55,884 nt of DNA from Bacteroidales bacterium. GTDB taxonomy: Bacteria > Bacteroidota > Bacteroidia > Bacteroidales > WCHB1-69. Both the position numbers and the translations under genes were made by a program. Below are positions 55,643 through 55,884 of the stretch, one piece after another (position 1 is the stretch's first letter; each line of letters begins with the position of its first letter). Location: contig JAZRYT010000160.1 in NCBI GenBank assembly GCA_045600905.1, positions 1-55,884 on the forward strand. The letters run 5' to 3'. Under the pieces are notes generated by a model. It did not search any database. It saw nothing but the letters and a program-made list of their open reading frames with translations, and was not told the DNA's origin.

Positions 55643-55884
55643 ATTAAAAATTCAATTCCTCATTCTCCATTCCGCATTAACCTTTCACCCTTTTAACCTC
55701 TTACTCTTTTCTCTCCCAAGAGAATCCCGACGCGTATGTCCGGAGAGTGAATTTGTCTTGCGCCGCGTATCAAAGTAATTGTTACTTTTCCTCTATAAAT
55801 GAAATAAGAAAGTATCCCCAAAGAATCAGCAGCGCTTTAGGGGTGCGTTTTTCCTCTACGAACTTTGCCAAGAGAGGCAAGCGG

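Noticed and set aside
1-55884. rRNA, tRNA, tmRNA, prophage, transposase or integrase genes
   Set aside because: No recognisable motifs found by eye; an Infernal or tRNAscan run would be needed to exclude divergent RNAs.

Overview
Chromosomal segment of a Bacteroidota (Bacteroidales-like) anaerobe. Support: at least 12 TAnnTTTG -7 promoter boxes, the short Bacteroidota-type primary sigma factor, Gln directly after several signal peptides, and a T9SS-type CTD protein. About 50 CDSs are mostly housekeeping: hppA, CoA-transferase beta/bcd/etfBA, thiL, ispG, holB, a four-gene 2-oxoacid:ferredoxin oxidoreductase operon, pepE, a murL-like gene, pepC, glnS, panB, hemD-rnpA-yidD, pheT, topA, rpoD-asnS-rpoN, aroC, murC, tpiA. 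Bases 1-1790 are the right edge of a type I restriction-modification locus. It ends in a scar mosaic: REP-like hairpins, a 285-bp 95%-identical copy of part of the neighbouring hppA 3' region, and remnants of a second hsdR and a DUF45 gene. I found no rRNA, tRNA, CRISPR array, integrase or transposase. The most notable signals are non-coding: (i) a long hairpin leader with a terminator/antiterminator-like alternative pairing before a 52-aa ORF at 16.1-16.4 kb; (ii) a 6S-like rod RNA at 6.5-6.7 kb; (iii) GTAG-type REP palindromes, including inverted copies around rpoN; (iv) strand-polarised 7-8 bp tandem repeats in intergenic regions. All family assignments come from motif recognition by eye, with no database searches. 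I cannot confirm a new system; the findings are hypotheses with stated tests.
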